In this document: piece after piece, positions 13,457 to 27,049 of the stretch
How positions within the stretch are numbered: the stretch's first letter is position 1
Layout: each line of letters begins with the position of its first letter
DNA from: the human T2T-CHM13v2.0 reference genome, Homo sapiens
Assembly (NCBI RefSeq): GCF_009914755.1
Contig: NC_060927.1
DNA: 64,000 nt
Strand: one strand, 5' to 3'
Notes under the pieces: generated by a model
Told to the model about the DNA's origin: nothing
The model's input: the letters and a program-made list of their open reading frames with translations, nothing else
Databases searched by the model: none
Program-made: the position numbers and the translations under genes

Positions 13457-14264
13457 TTTGGCTTTCAAAGATTGAATGGAGAAAGAGTTGTTTAAAAGGA
13501 GTAGTAGAATGTCTAACCAGATAATATCCCAAATATTTCAAGCACCACCCAAGAGGGAGTTTCCACTAGCACATGCCGCAATTTGCCACAGGCAGATGAG
13601 AGCGTCTAATTCAGAACATAAGCTGAGCCTCTATCTATAAAAAATTCTGCAAGCAACAGCATGACCTGGCTAGAATAATGATGTAGGACTTGTGGCTGAG
13701 AACATTCCACAGCTCAACAGATGGCTCTCCTCTGGGGTTTGAGACAGGCAGGCATCAGGCAATATCCTGACAAGAGTGAAATACTGACCCGAGGAGAAGA
13801 AAATCAGAGCCCCGGGAGATGGCATATCTTTTGTGAAACACACCATTTTCTAGGTGTGCCCTGCAGGAAGCGCCCCCTGAAAACAGCAACAAAGCAATTG
13901 CTTTCTTACAGAAGCATGTCAAGGAATTTGTAAAACAAAACCATTGGTGCAAGTGAAATTCTGTGATTTTTTTTTTTTTTTTTTACACTGAGATATTTCG
14001 ATTTGTGTTTGTTTGTCTCTGCATTCAGAAGCTAAATCTTGTTACCACACGTCTTGATTCTAACTCAAGGTTTACTTCTCTGGCATATTCCAGCCCAAAT
14101 TCCTTGCATCCTCAGTCCAGATCCTCTTCTATACCAGGGAGAAAACTAAGCCATGGCTGTTAACTGATAATGAGCCTGTGCTTGGTGCTATAAACAGCCT
14201 CTCCCACCCACCCAGACAGGCACTGGATTAGTGCAAAAGCAGGGCATCCCCCTGCCACCCCCCA

Positions 14265-15037
14265 ACCCTCAGACATATCCAAAATTGAGTTCATTGTCCT
14301 CCCTCCACAACCCAATTCTCCTCTTAGTTCCACTAACAGACAAATAACTATACCATCCACCTCGTTATCCAATCCAGAAACGTAGAACTTGTTTTGGCTT
14401 CCTCCATCTTCCTCAAGTCTCTGGCCAATAATCAAGCCCCGTCATTTTGACAACCAAATCTCTCTCCCATCTGTTTTTCAACAGCCACCTTCCAGGCCAG
14501 CTCATTCTGGTCTCAGCCCTAAATTATGCAACCTGTAGCCTGAGTGATCTTTCCCAGCACAGCTCAAATTGAGTTTCTCTTGCTAAAAGCCCTTCTAGTA
14601 GCTCTCCACGGCTATTAGAATAAAGTCCAAAGTCCTTACCATGACTTAGGAGGCCCATCAAGTTATGGCCCTTGCTTTTATTGAAACCTTCATGCCTTGC
14701 CATGCCCCACCTATCACTGTATGTCCCAACCAGTCTGATGCCATATGGCTTCCCCAAAGTACTGTTGGCATGCTTGCCACCTGGCCTTTGCCCCAAATGA
14801 GCGTTCTCTACTTAACTGCTACTTGTCCCTAAACCTCAACTCAGCTTTCTCTGCCAATAGGAAGGCTTCTCTTTTCTCCTTTGGTGCCCTCCCCATACGT
14901 TCTCATAATGCTCTTTCAAGTCATAGAACTACCGCACCATGTTGGTGTCTGGGTCCTGGTAGTATTGCATACCAATATTTAGGCTTAGAACTTAGAACAT
15001 TTTAGAAACTTGAATATTTGTTGAATGAATGAATGAA
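14265..15037 (+). mobile_element. L2 LINE 3' region
   Basis: 'gctaaaagcccttctagtagctctcca...gaataaagtccaaagtccttaccatg' ending in 'tttgttgaatgaatgaatgaa'. Confidence 0.75.
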
Positions 15038-17544
15038 GACTCCTTGAAAAACTGAATGATATATTGAATAAATAAATTATATTCCTGATTATTTTGGCAA
15101 TTGATAGCACATCTCTCTGCTTCCCCACACCATCATACTACTCACTTCCTTCCTTGTCTCTTACTGACTTTGGCACTGATCTGGTTCCTAATCTAGTCAT
15201 TTCTCAGGCCCTCTTCACTTGGTGTACATGTGTGATATCCCTGCTGTCAGACCCTTGGCGTTCCTATGGTGTCTCTGATTTGGCCTGCCTTCTTGTTTCG
15301 CTATTCTTTTTTGGGTAGGGCTAGTCTCATAGAATCAATTGTTGGTCCCAGTCATTCACTTGTCCTATGCCTGGGCCAGTCACCACTCCTGCCCCACCCT
15401 ATTCATGAAATGAGGAGTCAAGCATATTAATAAACACCCATAGTTCCCAGAGTCCCTCCTCAAGACTCAGACAAAATTATGCCATTTTTTTCCCCTTAAA
15501 TTGTGATGTTGAAGCAGGACACACACAACTTTGTGAGCAGAAGTTTCCTCTGCTCTGCCAAGGAATAAAGGTCAAAGCAGAGATATGCACATGCCCTTTG
15601 ACCACAGGTGCCTCCAGTGACCACCACAGTGGCATCATCAGCCAATTTCTCATCTTTCTGTAGAAGAGTCATATGGCTTTATGTCAGAGCTGTAGGTATC
15701 CATGCATACCCAGGACTTAAAATCTTGGGGAATTTTTTCTTACAAACCAACTGCTGTGGGGCAGTGTAAGGAAGAGTCATCTTATCCTTGCACGGAAGAC
15801 CCTATCAATGTCTTGGCTACTCTGCAGGGCATTCTCAACAGCTGCATCCGCCATCCCGTTTGCTGCCAGGAGTCAGAGGCCCACATGGCTAGGACACTGC
15901 AGCTGAGCACCGCTCATCTATAATGTTCTCTCACAACACTTACACTCGGAGTCCTCTCCTATCCTACCTCTTCAGGCACCATCCTCTGCCACTTCCACGT
16001 ATTTTTTCCACTTACTTTAGTCTTGATTTCTGCCACTCTAACCTTGGTGCTAAGATCCTGGTCTTGACCTTGCCTCTGACACTCTCAACTTGATGTCTAC
16101 ACATGGACTTCCAAGTGTGTGACATATGGCTTCCCTTTATGACTTTGATTGGCTCATCCTCCAGCTTAAGATTCCAACTCCATAGCATCAGCCTATCCGA
16201 AGGCCCCTTGGAAGGAGAAGGACAGCATGGTATAGTCAAACAAATAACCACCTTGCATTGCCAAGTGGGCAGCATGCTTCCTGTGGATGCTCTTTACAGA
16301 GACCACTTTATCCTAGACTTGTGTACCCTGAAACCTAAGGCTAGTGTTGGAAGATAACTATATTGCAATTGACTGACAGAATAAATCAGGTGGATTTTGA
16401 AGAGCATTCATCTCTATTTACGCCACCTCCAGATACCCTGCTGTCCTTCCTTAAGGCATTTTTAATTTTAAAAGTGCAATTCTTAAAACACAAAAGGTGG
16501 AACTGAAAACATCACCAGACATCACAGAAGTGTGGGCTAGCCGTTAAGGAGGAAGATGGAATCTTGATATCAAAAGCTATTAAAAGCCCTTTTTTTCCTA
16601 TCTCTTCACCTGCGCACCTGATTGCTTTTAAGTGAAGATGTAAGATCACAAGGAGAAGAGGGTGCAAAAAATAGAATGCCATTTTTTCTTCTCCATTCTC
16701 TCACAGATAACGACGTGGGAGCGTTGGCCGATAAAGACAACCAGCGTAAATTAAGAGCTTAACTGGAAGCCTATTACAGGCCGTCTCCACTCGCTCTTGC
16801 CTATTCGTATTCTTGCACAGTACACAACACAACTTGAGGGAAGGCCAAAAAAAAAAAAACCTCTAGAAAACTCAATTGTTATAACCAATTGTTCAGTGAA
16901 ATGTCCTTTATTAAGCCTCTCTAAATTAAAGAGACTCCTCCTTCTCCCACTTAAAACTGACCTGCATCAAATACTGTCTTTGCTTATCATGGTGCTACAA
17001 AGTGTTTACAGGCCAAAAGGGGTATTAAAATTCTGAGACAAAACATTTTAAACATGATCTTAGGGACTATACTTTCACCCCAATACTGTCCATGGTATAA
17101 TTAACTTCATGGGAAATTTAAACCACAAAACCCATAATACAAGGTCAAATGTTCTGAAGGATTTACTCAATGAATTTAGAACTTGAGAAAGAATGCAAAA
17201 GTTCATAAAAATCAGGACACAAATCATCCTCTTATTCTAGTTAGGAGCAATTAAAGGAAAATATGTCACTTGATTTAGCTGCTCTGTCTAATTAACTGCC
17301 CAAATCCATGCCCAGAGTCCTGTTAAAGACATCGGGAGCCATGGGACCCTTCCCCCATCCTACTGATGAACACCTGATGAAGGGTAGGCACTCAAGGGTC
17401 TCCTTCACAGGAAGTTGAATTCAGACACCAACACTGTAGTTATTTAGCCACAGGTGCAAGACTTGGAAAGCCATGTAAACTAAGGTGCTTACTACATTTT
17501 GGAATAGGTGAAGATTACACCCAATACTATGGGAGATTCGTGAG

Positions 17545-17604
17545 GGAGAGAGACAGAGAGAGGCAGAGAGAAAGAGAGAGGCAGAGACAGAGAGAGAGAG
17601 AGAG
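17545..17604. repeat. Imperfect (GA)n microsatellite
   Basis: Read directly. Confidence 0.9.
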
Positions 17605-19029
17605 ATAAGTATCTCAAAGCTTTCCAGTTCCAGGAGTTATACCTTCTTCAAAATACCATCAGAGTCCCCTGAAATAAATTGCTTTTCACTCGCGCTTTCT
17701 TAAGGGATTTCTGTTGCTTGCCACCAAGTGATGCCTGCCCATGCCTGTATCTTCCATGTGACCTTTTATTGTGGTTTGTGTTTTCCTGGGTTAAGCCATA
17801 CCTTTGAGCAATCATGTATTTTAACGACAGCCCAATCATTACAAATGTCCCAGATTCCCAGTGGTTTTTATGACTGACATTTTATTACACAAATTACAAG
17901 GCTAGAAACCATATCCCCAGTTTTCAAGAGTCTATAACAAGATAGAGTTTGAGTGAAATATCTTTGTAGTAAAGGAAGCAGAAAAGAAACACTTTAAGCC
18001 CCCTGAGAGAATAAAATTGATGTCAAAGGGCCCTTACAACTATACTTTAATCACTACCTTCCACACCTTTCCCAATCTTCTGGAATCTTTGATGATGTTA
18101 TTTTATTTTGTTTATGCTTTCGAAAGCAGTTGGGGAGGTAAGTAGGGTTTGCCAGACTTTGGAGATAGAAAGGGATAATCAACTGGAATCTTTGACACCA
18201 AAATAATAAAATTGTGAAGAAGACACTTTTCTTGTCTTTCCTCTGTAAATAAACACAGAACACAATCAAGTACATCAATTGCAGAGGATGAATGACATTT
18301 AGGAACAATGACTAGAATAAGCAAATGCATTGCAAAATACAATATGCCCAGTCAAATTAAATTTCACATAAACAGTGAATGTTGCACAGTATGTATTTAT
18401 ACTATAAGAAATTTTTCTTGCAATTTTAGAAACCTTAACTTACCTTCTTGTCTCAAAAGTTCGATTGAAGCTCCAAAGCTGAAAACACTGGGGAAGAAGA
18501 AGCCAAACAAATCAATGTCCCTAAAATGACCTGCTAGACATACTTTGCCTTCAGTTTGGATTCTGCCTCAACTTTTGTGCTTAGGGTTTCTTAACTTTCC
18601 ATCTCTTCTATATAATCTTGTCAAACTAGTCTTTTTAAGAGTCCACTTTCCCACTTATCATTGGCTATAACCTGCAAACTCCTTCAGGGCAGGGCCGTAT
18701 CCAACTCATCTCTGTTTCCTCAGAATCCTGGGAACACATAGAAAGTGTTCAATAAACCTTCACTGAGATTTGCCAATGGCCTTTTGCCTCAATTCCAGAC
18801 TTCCCTTCCTGGCTTTGTGAAAGCTTTCTTTCTCTCTCTAATCAAGCCTCAGCTGGAAAACTTTGTTTTTTATTTCTTCTCAACAAAAGCATCCATGTTT
18901 ATTAAGATTTTGTTTCTCCTATTTCTTAAACAAGTATTGCCTCTCTGCTTGTACTAAAGTAGATGCCCTTTCTGTAACACCCTACCTCTGCTCCCGGAAA
19001 GTTACATAAACATACTGAAGATCCAGTTT

Positions 19030-19175
19030 GGCTGGGCACAGCGGCACATTCCCTGTAGTCCCAATGACTTGGGAAGCTAAGATGGGAGGATAGCTTGATC
19101 CCAGGGAGGTTGAGGTTGTAGTGAGCTGTGATCATGTCACTGCAATCCAGGCTGGGCAACAGAGTGAGACTGTCT

Positions 19176-19217
<42 letters not shown>
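19030..19217 (+). mobile_element. Free right Alu monomer (FRAM-like) with A41 tail
   Basis: Single diverged right monomer 'ggctgggcacagcggcac...gtgagctgtgatcatgtcactgca...gtgagactgtctc'; A run 19177-19217; short 'cagtt' TSD. Confidence 0.85.
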
Positions 19218-19218
<1 letters not shown>

Positions 19219-19660
19219 AGTTCAAGTATCACATTCTTTAATTGTTCCATCCAATGCTATCTCTGTTTCATGAAACATCCATATTACAAGTTAAAGGAAA
19301 GTTTCACCTTCAATGGTTTTTCCTGCTCTAAGATCCTTAAAATAGAGGACTATATCATAAATCTCTCCTGTCTGCCCCTTTAGCACAATGCTTTTCCAGT
19401 GGACATGGCCCACAAACAGGAATTGGATGTTATTTCCATTGCTTCCAGCAAAATTCATGGCTTAAAACCTCCCACAGCAACTAAGGAGCAAGATATTGGA
19501 GGCTTTCGCTGTTTGCCTTGTCAAGTCTTACCCACCCAATATCCAAATGCTCTGATTTACAGCAGGCTACTGGGGGCTGGAATTTGAATTGCCTTAGTTA
19601 ATAGCTTTCCAGAGGCCAAACCGTATGTGCTAAAGATAATTTTTTAAAACTCCACTGTAG

Positions 19661-19986
19661 GGCCCAGCCATGGTGGCTCACGCCTGTAATCCCTGCATTT
19701 TGGGAGGCTGAAGTGGGAGGATAACTTGAGCCCAGGAGTTTAATAACGGCCCAGACAACACAGCGAGACCCCTAGCTCTACAAAAAAAAATAAAATAAAT
19801 GAGAAATATTAGCTGGGAGTGGTGGTGCACACCTGTAGTCCCAGCTACATCAGGAGGCTGAGGTGGAAGGATCACTTGAACCTAGGAATTCAAGGTTACA
19901 GCAAGCTATGATCATGCCGCTGCACTCCAGCCTGGGTGACAGAGCAAGACCCTTCCAACACTAAATTAAATAAATAAATAAATAAA
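19661..19986 (+). mobile_element. AluJ
   Basis: J-type diagnostics 'ggataacttgagcccaggagtt' and 'gcaagctatgatcatgcc'; (TAAA)n tail. Confidence 0.92.
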
Positions 19987-21252
19987 CCTCTACATAAAAA
20001 GCAAAGCTCAGAAAATTGTTTAGGGAAGGGGTTAATAGCATGGGGGTTTAATCTTGGCCCTTCTACAAATTTTAATCAATCCAACAAATGTTTTTACATC
20101 ACATCTCATTTTGATGTACATTTTTCAGACCATGAGAAATTGGCATCTTCACGTTTATCAGACGTTTCATTTCTTCTTCTTTCAATGATAGTTCATATTC
20201 TGATTTGGGTTCAGTTTGAAATCTGAGCTTGAGATGTAGTTTGGGGAGTAAATCGGGGTAGTCATTCAGATATTGGTGTTGGAAAAGACAGACCAGGGAA
20301 TGTGGTAGGTGTGACTACCCAACTGAGTTTGTCAAAAAAAAAATGGATTTTCATAGTTAGTTATTCAGAAGTATTCATTTAGCAATAGCCAAGTAAACCA
20401 GAAATGAGCAATTTAAAGCCTAATCTTAAGCCCTCTGCTCACATTTGATGTTATGGGATTTTTGTTGGGATAAACTAAATCATGTTTCCAAGAATCAAAC
20501 ATATTGGTAAGTGGGAAATTTCCAGAAGGCAATATCAATAAAGCTGTGTCTGCCACTCCAATTTGACACTGTGAGATAGAGACAAATCTGGCAAGGGGTA
20601 GCGGCTGCACTGGGTTCTGTGTAGAACTGATAGTGGTCCAAAATGATGAAATCATAGCGTCTGCTCTGACTGGGTATAAATTGTTTAGAGCAATTTCTAT
20701 GGCTACTGGGCCAAAGTCAGCACAATCAACTGCAGATTGGAGAGTCAGAACTGTTGACATAGAGTTCAACATTAAGCAAACAAGGCATGTTGCTATAAGT
20801 CAAACCGCTATCATATTAGCTTTACAAGGAAATAATTTTCAAAGATGCCAAAGAGTCAGTATATCCCATACACCACTTTACTATGGCAGAATATACTAAG
20901 GACACAAGGGGTTATAATACTGTAACCAAGAACTGCTGAATATATAGGACTCTGCAAGGAGGAGTCATAATGTTTTATTGGCCCCTGATTTAGAGATTAT
21001 GAAAGTTATGCTCATTCCTCCACATATCAAGAGAGAAGCTCAAGGGGTAAAACTCCACCATTGTGAGGTCTCATTTTAGTTCTGACATCCTAGAACAAGA
21101 ATAACGGGGGTGAATGAGGTTATCTAATGATGGTTTTCTCACTCTTAAATTTTAGTCATTGAAATAGTAATAATGATAAAACAGTAACAAGAGTTAACGA
21201 TTAACAAGTGCTTCTCTATACCAAGGACTGTACTTTATTTAATATTTAACCC

Positions 21253-21547
<295 letters not shown>

Positions 21548-22420
21548 CTTAATCCAACCCCATAAGATAGGGTGGATCATTTAGGAAGTAACTCATGGCT
21601 TGGCATAATCTTTCTGGAGATCTTTCCTATCTCTAGAACTTCCTGAAGATGCTGGTTAGAGGCAACATCCACGTTATTATGGAAGTGGCACCCAACGCTA
21701 ACCTCAGATGCAATATACAGGGTGAGTCCATCTTTGGCTTCCTTTTTTCTTCATCATTTCTTCTTCTTTGGTCTCGGTTAGATAGCTATGTAGCCACATA
21801 AGGAATTAGATTAGCCTATGAGTGAATCCCATTAAATGTTGAATAGGAACACATCCAAACTCAGTCAAACTCAGTGCTCATACAGGATGTAAAGAAGAAA
21901 GGATACGACAAAAGAAACTGATTGTTACTTTGGATGCCTAGTTTAAAAAATAAAAATAAAATCTGGCCCACTACTTAGGAACTACTCAGATCTTGGAAGG
22001 ACTCTGAAGAATTCTTGTTTTAGAGTTGTGCTATTCTCAAATAGCTATTTTTATGATTAACTTCTATTCTGAGTGATAAATGAAAAAAGAAATTCTTGAA
22101 CTTTTCAGCAAAATAATTGCCAAGATTTGTTTTATCATAGTGACTCAGAGAATTACATTTATATTGTCCTGACCTCAGAAGTCTTCATTTTGTTTTGGAA
22201 AGTAAATAAACTAAAACAAGATAATTTTCTTTTTCACTAAAGAGATGTTCAGTGTTCTGTTCTGGGACAAGATTGATCCATTTTATATGGTAATTGAATT
22301 CTTCACCATTGTTCTTGCCTGCATATATCTGTCAACTTTGAGTTTGGGGTCTTAGACAATTAGCTAAAAGTTAAGAATTCAGCTGTTCATTCATTGGGGA
22401 GTTGCGTTGCCTTTTCTCCC

Positions 22421-22784
22421 TGTATTAGTCCTTTCTTACAATGCTATAAAGAACTGCCCGAGACTGGGTAATTTATAAAGGAAAGAGGTTTAATTGACTC
22501 ACTGTTCTGCAGGGCTGGGGAGGCCTCAAGAAACTTATGATCATAGCAGAAGGGGAAGCAAGCACATCTTTCTTCACATGGCGGCAGGAAGGAGAAGTGC
22601 TGAGCAAAGAGAGAAAAGTGCCTTATAAAACCATCAGATCTCACTCACTATCATGAGAACCAGATGAGGGTAACCACCCCCATGATTTAATTACCTCCCA
22701 CCGGGTCCCTCCCATGACACATGGGGATTATGGGAACTATAATTCAAGATGAGATTTGGGTGGGGACACAGCCAAACCATATCA
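22421..22784 (-). mobile_element. THE1 solo LTR (THE1D-like)
   Basis: 'tgtattagtc...gagactgggtaatttataaaggaaagagg...cagccaaaccatatca'; 5-bp TSD ctccc on both sides. Confidence 0.92.
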
Positions 22785-23144
22785 CTCCCCCTTTGTGATC
22801 TGGCTTTGTCACTTACTCATGTAAAACTGTTAGAATAATAGTGAAAAATAGTAGCAGTGAAAAACAATTGTAACAAAGTAAACCCAGCTAATGGAGAGAC
22901 TTCTGTAGAAAGTGGACATCAGAAAAAGATCTCCTTCATTTGCGAAGCTTTTAGTGACCATCATGTGCCAGATACTATGATTTCCAGGCCTTAGGATGGA
23001 GGAAGTGAAGGACAGCTCATGGCAGCTTCACCTGGGGAGAGTGTGGGCCGTAGAGGCAGGTAGAACTGGCTTTGGTCTACCCTGGGGAATAGGTGACATT
23101 CGGCTTTACACCAGCTTCTGGTGAATCACAAAGATTACTCATTT

Positions 23145-25136
23145 GATTTTTTAAAAATTGTTTATTTTGAATAATTGTAGATACATAGGTATTTGTAAGA
23201 AATAATAAAGAGATATCCTGTGCACCCTTAACCCAGTTTTCCCCAGTGATAACTTCTTATATAACTATAGTACAATATTACAACCAGGACATTTACATTG
23301 ATTTAATTCACCAGACTTACTTAGATTTCACCAGTTGTATATGTACTCATTGTGTGTGTATGTGTGTGTATTTAGTTCTATGCAATGCTATCACATCTGT
23401 AGATTTGTGTGCCCACCACAGTCAAGATACAAAGCAGTTCTATGGCAACCATGAATCTGGTTCTCCAGCTGTATAATTGTTGTCATTATAAGAAGGTTAT
23501 ATAAAGGAAATCACATAGTATAACCTTTGAGATTAGCTTTTTCAACTCCACATAATTCATTTGCGATCTATGCAAGTTGTTGCATGTATCAGCACTTTGG
23601 TCCTTTTTATTGCTTAGCAATATTCCATGGTATAGATGTGCTATAATTTGTTCAACCAATTACCCACTGACACATGTTTGGATTGTTTCCAGCCTTGAGC
23701 TGTATCAAATAAAGCTGCTATGAACATTAATGTAGATTTGTGTATGATTATAACTTTGCATTTGTCTGGGATAAATGTCCAAAAGTGTAATTTCTGGGTT
23801 GTATGTTAGGTCTATATTAGTTTTATAAGAAGATGCCAAATAATTTTCTAGAGTGACTATACCATTTTACATTATCACAGCAATACATGAGTTTCTCTAC
23901 GCCTTTCCCTAATAAATGTGTAGCTATATCTTATTGTGAATTTAATTTGCATTGCATTTCCTGGATGTGTAACAATGCTGAACGTCTTTTTCACATGCTT
24001 ATTTCCCATCTGTATATTCTTGTTAGTGAAATATATGTTCATGCATTTTTCCCATTATCAAATTGGATTCTTTGTTCAATTTTTATTGTTGAGTTTTAAG
24101 AGCTCTTTATATGTTCTAGGTATGTCTTTTGTCAACTATGTGGGTTGCAAATATTTTCTCCCAGTCTATAGCTTGTTTTTTCATCTCCCTAACAGAGTCT
24201 TTGCAGAGCAAAAGTTTTTAGTTTTGGTGAAGCTCTTTTTATCACTTTTTTCTTTAATGAATCATGTTTTTGCTAACTGGTCTAAGAATGCTTTGCTAGC
24301 CTTAGGTTTTCAAGAGTTTCTTCTTTTTTTTTTCTAGAAGTTTTATAGTTTTACATGTTACATGTAAACCTATGGTCCACTTTGAGTTAATTTTTGTATA
24401 AGGTATGAGGTTTAGATTGAGGTTCTTTTTTTCCTATTGTTAGCCCATGAATGTCCAATTGCTCCAACACCTCTTGTTGAAAACACCATTTTTCCCCCAC
24501 TGAATTGTTATTGCACCTTTGTTGATGCTATGGTTTGGCTGTGTCCCCACCCAAATCTCATCTTGAATTGTAGTTCCCGTAATACCCACATGTCACTGGA
24601 GGGACCCGGTGGGAGGCAGTTGAATCATGGGGCAGGTTTTTCCCACACTGTTCTCGTGATAGTGAATAAGTCTCACAAGATCTGATGGTTTTATAAAGGG
24701 CAGTTCCCTTGCATATGCTCCCTTGCCTGCCACCATGTAAGACACGCCTTTGCTCCTCCTTTGCCTTCTGCCATGACTGTGAGGCCTCCCCAGCCATGTG
24801 GAACTGTGAGTTCATTAAACCTCTTTTTCTTTATAAATTACCCAGTCTTGGGTATGTCTGTATTAGCAGTGTGAGAATAGACTAATATAGTCAAAAAATC
24901 AGTCATCTATAAGGGTCTATATCTGTGTTCTCTATTCTGTTCCCTTGATCTACCTGTCTGTCCCTCCACAAACACTACATTTGTCTTGATTACTATAGCT
25001 ACATAGTAAGCATTAATATGAGGTAATTTTCTCCCATTAGTTATTCTTTTAAAAAATATTTCAGCTTTCTAGGTGCTGTGCATTTCCATGTAAATTTTAA
25101 AATAAACTTGCCTATGTTTATTAAAAACTATGCTGA
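23145..25136 (-). mobile_element. L1M (L1MC-like) 3' region; resumes at ~26599-26660
   Basis: Reverse-strand L1 3'UTR/ORF2-end phrases, e.g. 'ttgcaaatattttctcccagtct' and 'tttgagttaatttttgtataagg'. Confidence 0.85.
24526..24889 (+). mobile_element. THE1 solo LTR (THE1C-like) inserted in L1
   Basis: 'tatggtttggctgtgtccccacccaaatctcatcttgaattgtag...gactaatata'; TSD gttga/gtcaa. Confidence 0.93.
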
Positions 25137-26202
25137 GCTAGATATCCACAAGCAAAAGAATGAAGTTCCAACCTTTCCTAACAGTATATACAAAAATTAA
25201 TTCAAAATGAATCAAATACCTTAGGTAGGACCTAAATCTATAAAACCTTTAGAAGAAAGCATAGAGCAAAGTTTTATGACATTTGATTTAGCAATGACTT
25301 CTTGGATATGACATCCAAGAGACAGGCAACAAAAGAAAAAATAAACAAACTGGAGTCTATTAAACATATCTTTTTATTGTGCATTGAAAGACACTATCAA
25401 CAAGGTAAAAAAAAAAAAAGGCAACTCACAGAATGAGAAAAAATACTTACAAATCATATATCCGATAAGGGATTAATATTCAAAACATATACAGAATTCC
25501 CCAAATCAGCCACAACCATAAAAAACCCTCAATTTTTAAAATAGGAAAAAGACATCAGTGGATATTTCTCCAAAGACTATTATACAAATAACCAATAAAT
25601 ATTTAAAAGATGCTCAACGTCACTAATCATTAGAGAAATGCAAATATAATAAAATCTCACCTCACATCCATTAGGATGGCTACTCTCAAAAAAACAGAAA
25701 ATAATAAGTGTTGTCAGAGTGGAGAAATTGGAACCCTTATGCACTGGTGGTGGGACTATAAAATGATACAGTCCCTATGGAAAAGATTACAGCAGTTCCT
25801 CAAAAACAAAAACAAAAACAAAAAAAATAGTATTACCATATGGCCCAGCAATTCCACTTTTGGGTATGTACCCAAAAGAATTTAAAGCAGAGTCTCCAGT
25901 AGATATTTGAACATCCATGTCCATGCAGCTAAATGTGGAAGCAATCCAGTTTTCACCAACCAATGAATGAATAAGCAAAATGTGGTGTATACATGTAATG
26001 GAATATTATTCAACCATAAAAAGGATGAACCTACAACATGGATGAACCGTAAGGATATTATGCTAAGTGAAGCAAGCCAATCACAAAAAGACAGATACTA
26101 TATGCTCCCATTTACATGAGGTACTTAGAGTTGTCAAACTCATAGAAACAGAAAGTAGAATGATGATTGCCAGGGACTGGGGAAGAGCAAGAATAGGAAG
26201 TT

Positions 26203-26378
26203 TTGTTTTTGTTTTTATACTTTAAGTTCTGTGTTACATGGGCAGAACATGCAGTTTTGTTGCATAGGTATACATGTGCCCTGGTGGTTTGCTGCACCCA
26301 TCAACCGGTCACTTACACTAAGTGGTTCTCCTAATGTTATCCCTCCCCTAGCCCCCCATTCCCCAACAGGCCCCAGTG
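26203..26378 (-). mobile_element. 5'-truncated L1PA 3' end
   Basis: 'tttatactttaagttctg...tgctgcacccatcaacc...ccccaacaggccccagtg'; TSD aggaagtt (26195-26202 / 26379-26386). Confidence 0.9.
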
Positions 26379-26419
26379 AGGAAGTTATTTTTAATAGGTA
26401 TAGAGTTTCAGTTCTACAA

Positions 26420-26483
26420 AATGAAAGGAGCTATGGAGATGGATGGTGGTGAATGAAAGGAGCTATGGAGATGGATGGTGGTG
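26420..26483. repeat. Perfect 32-bp tandem duplication
   Basis: (aatgaaaggagctatggagatggatggtggtg)x2. Confidence 0.97.
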
Positions 26484-27049
26484 ATGGTTGCACATTATGA
26501 GTGTATTTAATACCATTTAAGTGTATATATAAAATATTAGGATGGTAAATTTTATGCTATGTGTATCTTACCATAATTTTAAAAATTGAAAAAGGAAAAA
26601 TCATACTGGGATTTTGATAAGATTTGCATTAAACTTACAGATGGATTCAGGGAGAATTTACATATTTGCTGTGTCGTATTTGGCAGTACATAAAACACCA
26701 CTTTGATTTTAATTTTCCCCTGCAGGTTGCTTTGCCTCAGCCCCTGGATTACAACGCCCCCTGGCTCATACCTGAGTTCACCACAGCCTTTGGACCCCAG
26801 AACTGCCCTTGCTGGTTCTGGTCTCTGGCTAAATCTTCTATGATTGCAGCTTTGGCTACTACCTATAGCCTTAGGGAAAAACCCAGAACTTGTGTTTGAA
26901 TTCTACTACCACCAGATGTTAGCTGAGTCATCTCCAGCCTCAATTTCCCAATCTGTGGGATTTGTTGCACTGTATACCTTAAACGGGAGTTATTGCTATT
27001 ATTGCAGTTAACATAAGCTTCTACCACTTACCTAACTCAGCGCGTGCAG

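Larger units (their letters stand above)
25137..26598 (+). mobile_element. L1MB-like 3' fragment inserted in the opposite-strand L1MC
   Basis: L1 ORF2 end and 3'UTR ('cactaatcattagagaaatgcaaat', 'gcaattccacttttgggtat'); degenerate TSD aaaaactatgctg/aaaaatcatactg. Confidence 0.88.

Noticed and set aside
20100-21120. Endogenous bornavirus/rhabdovirus-like glycoprotein (EBLG). Minus-strand peptides such as IFCHSKVVYGIY*LFG and FDSWKHDLV superficially resemble class III viral G proteins.
   Set aside because: The cysteine pattern and spacings were inconsistent. The same DNA gives a longer, ordered series of LINE RT motifs that continues on both sides of the interrupting SINEs. A translated search against viral G proteins versus RVT_1 would settle it.
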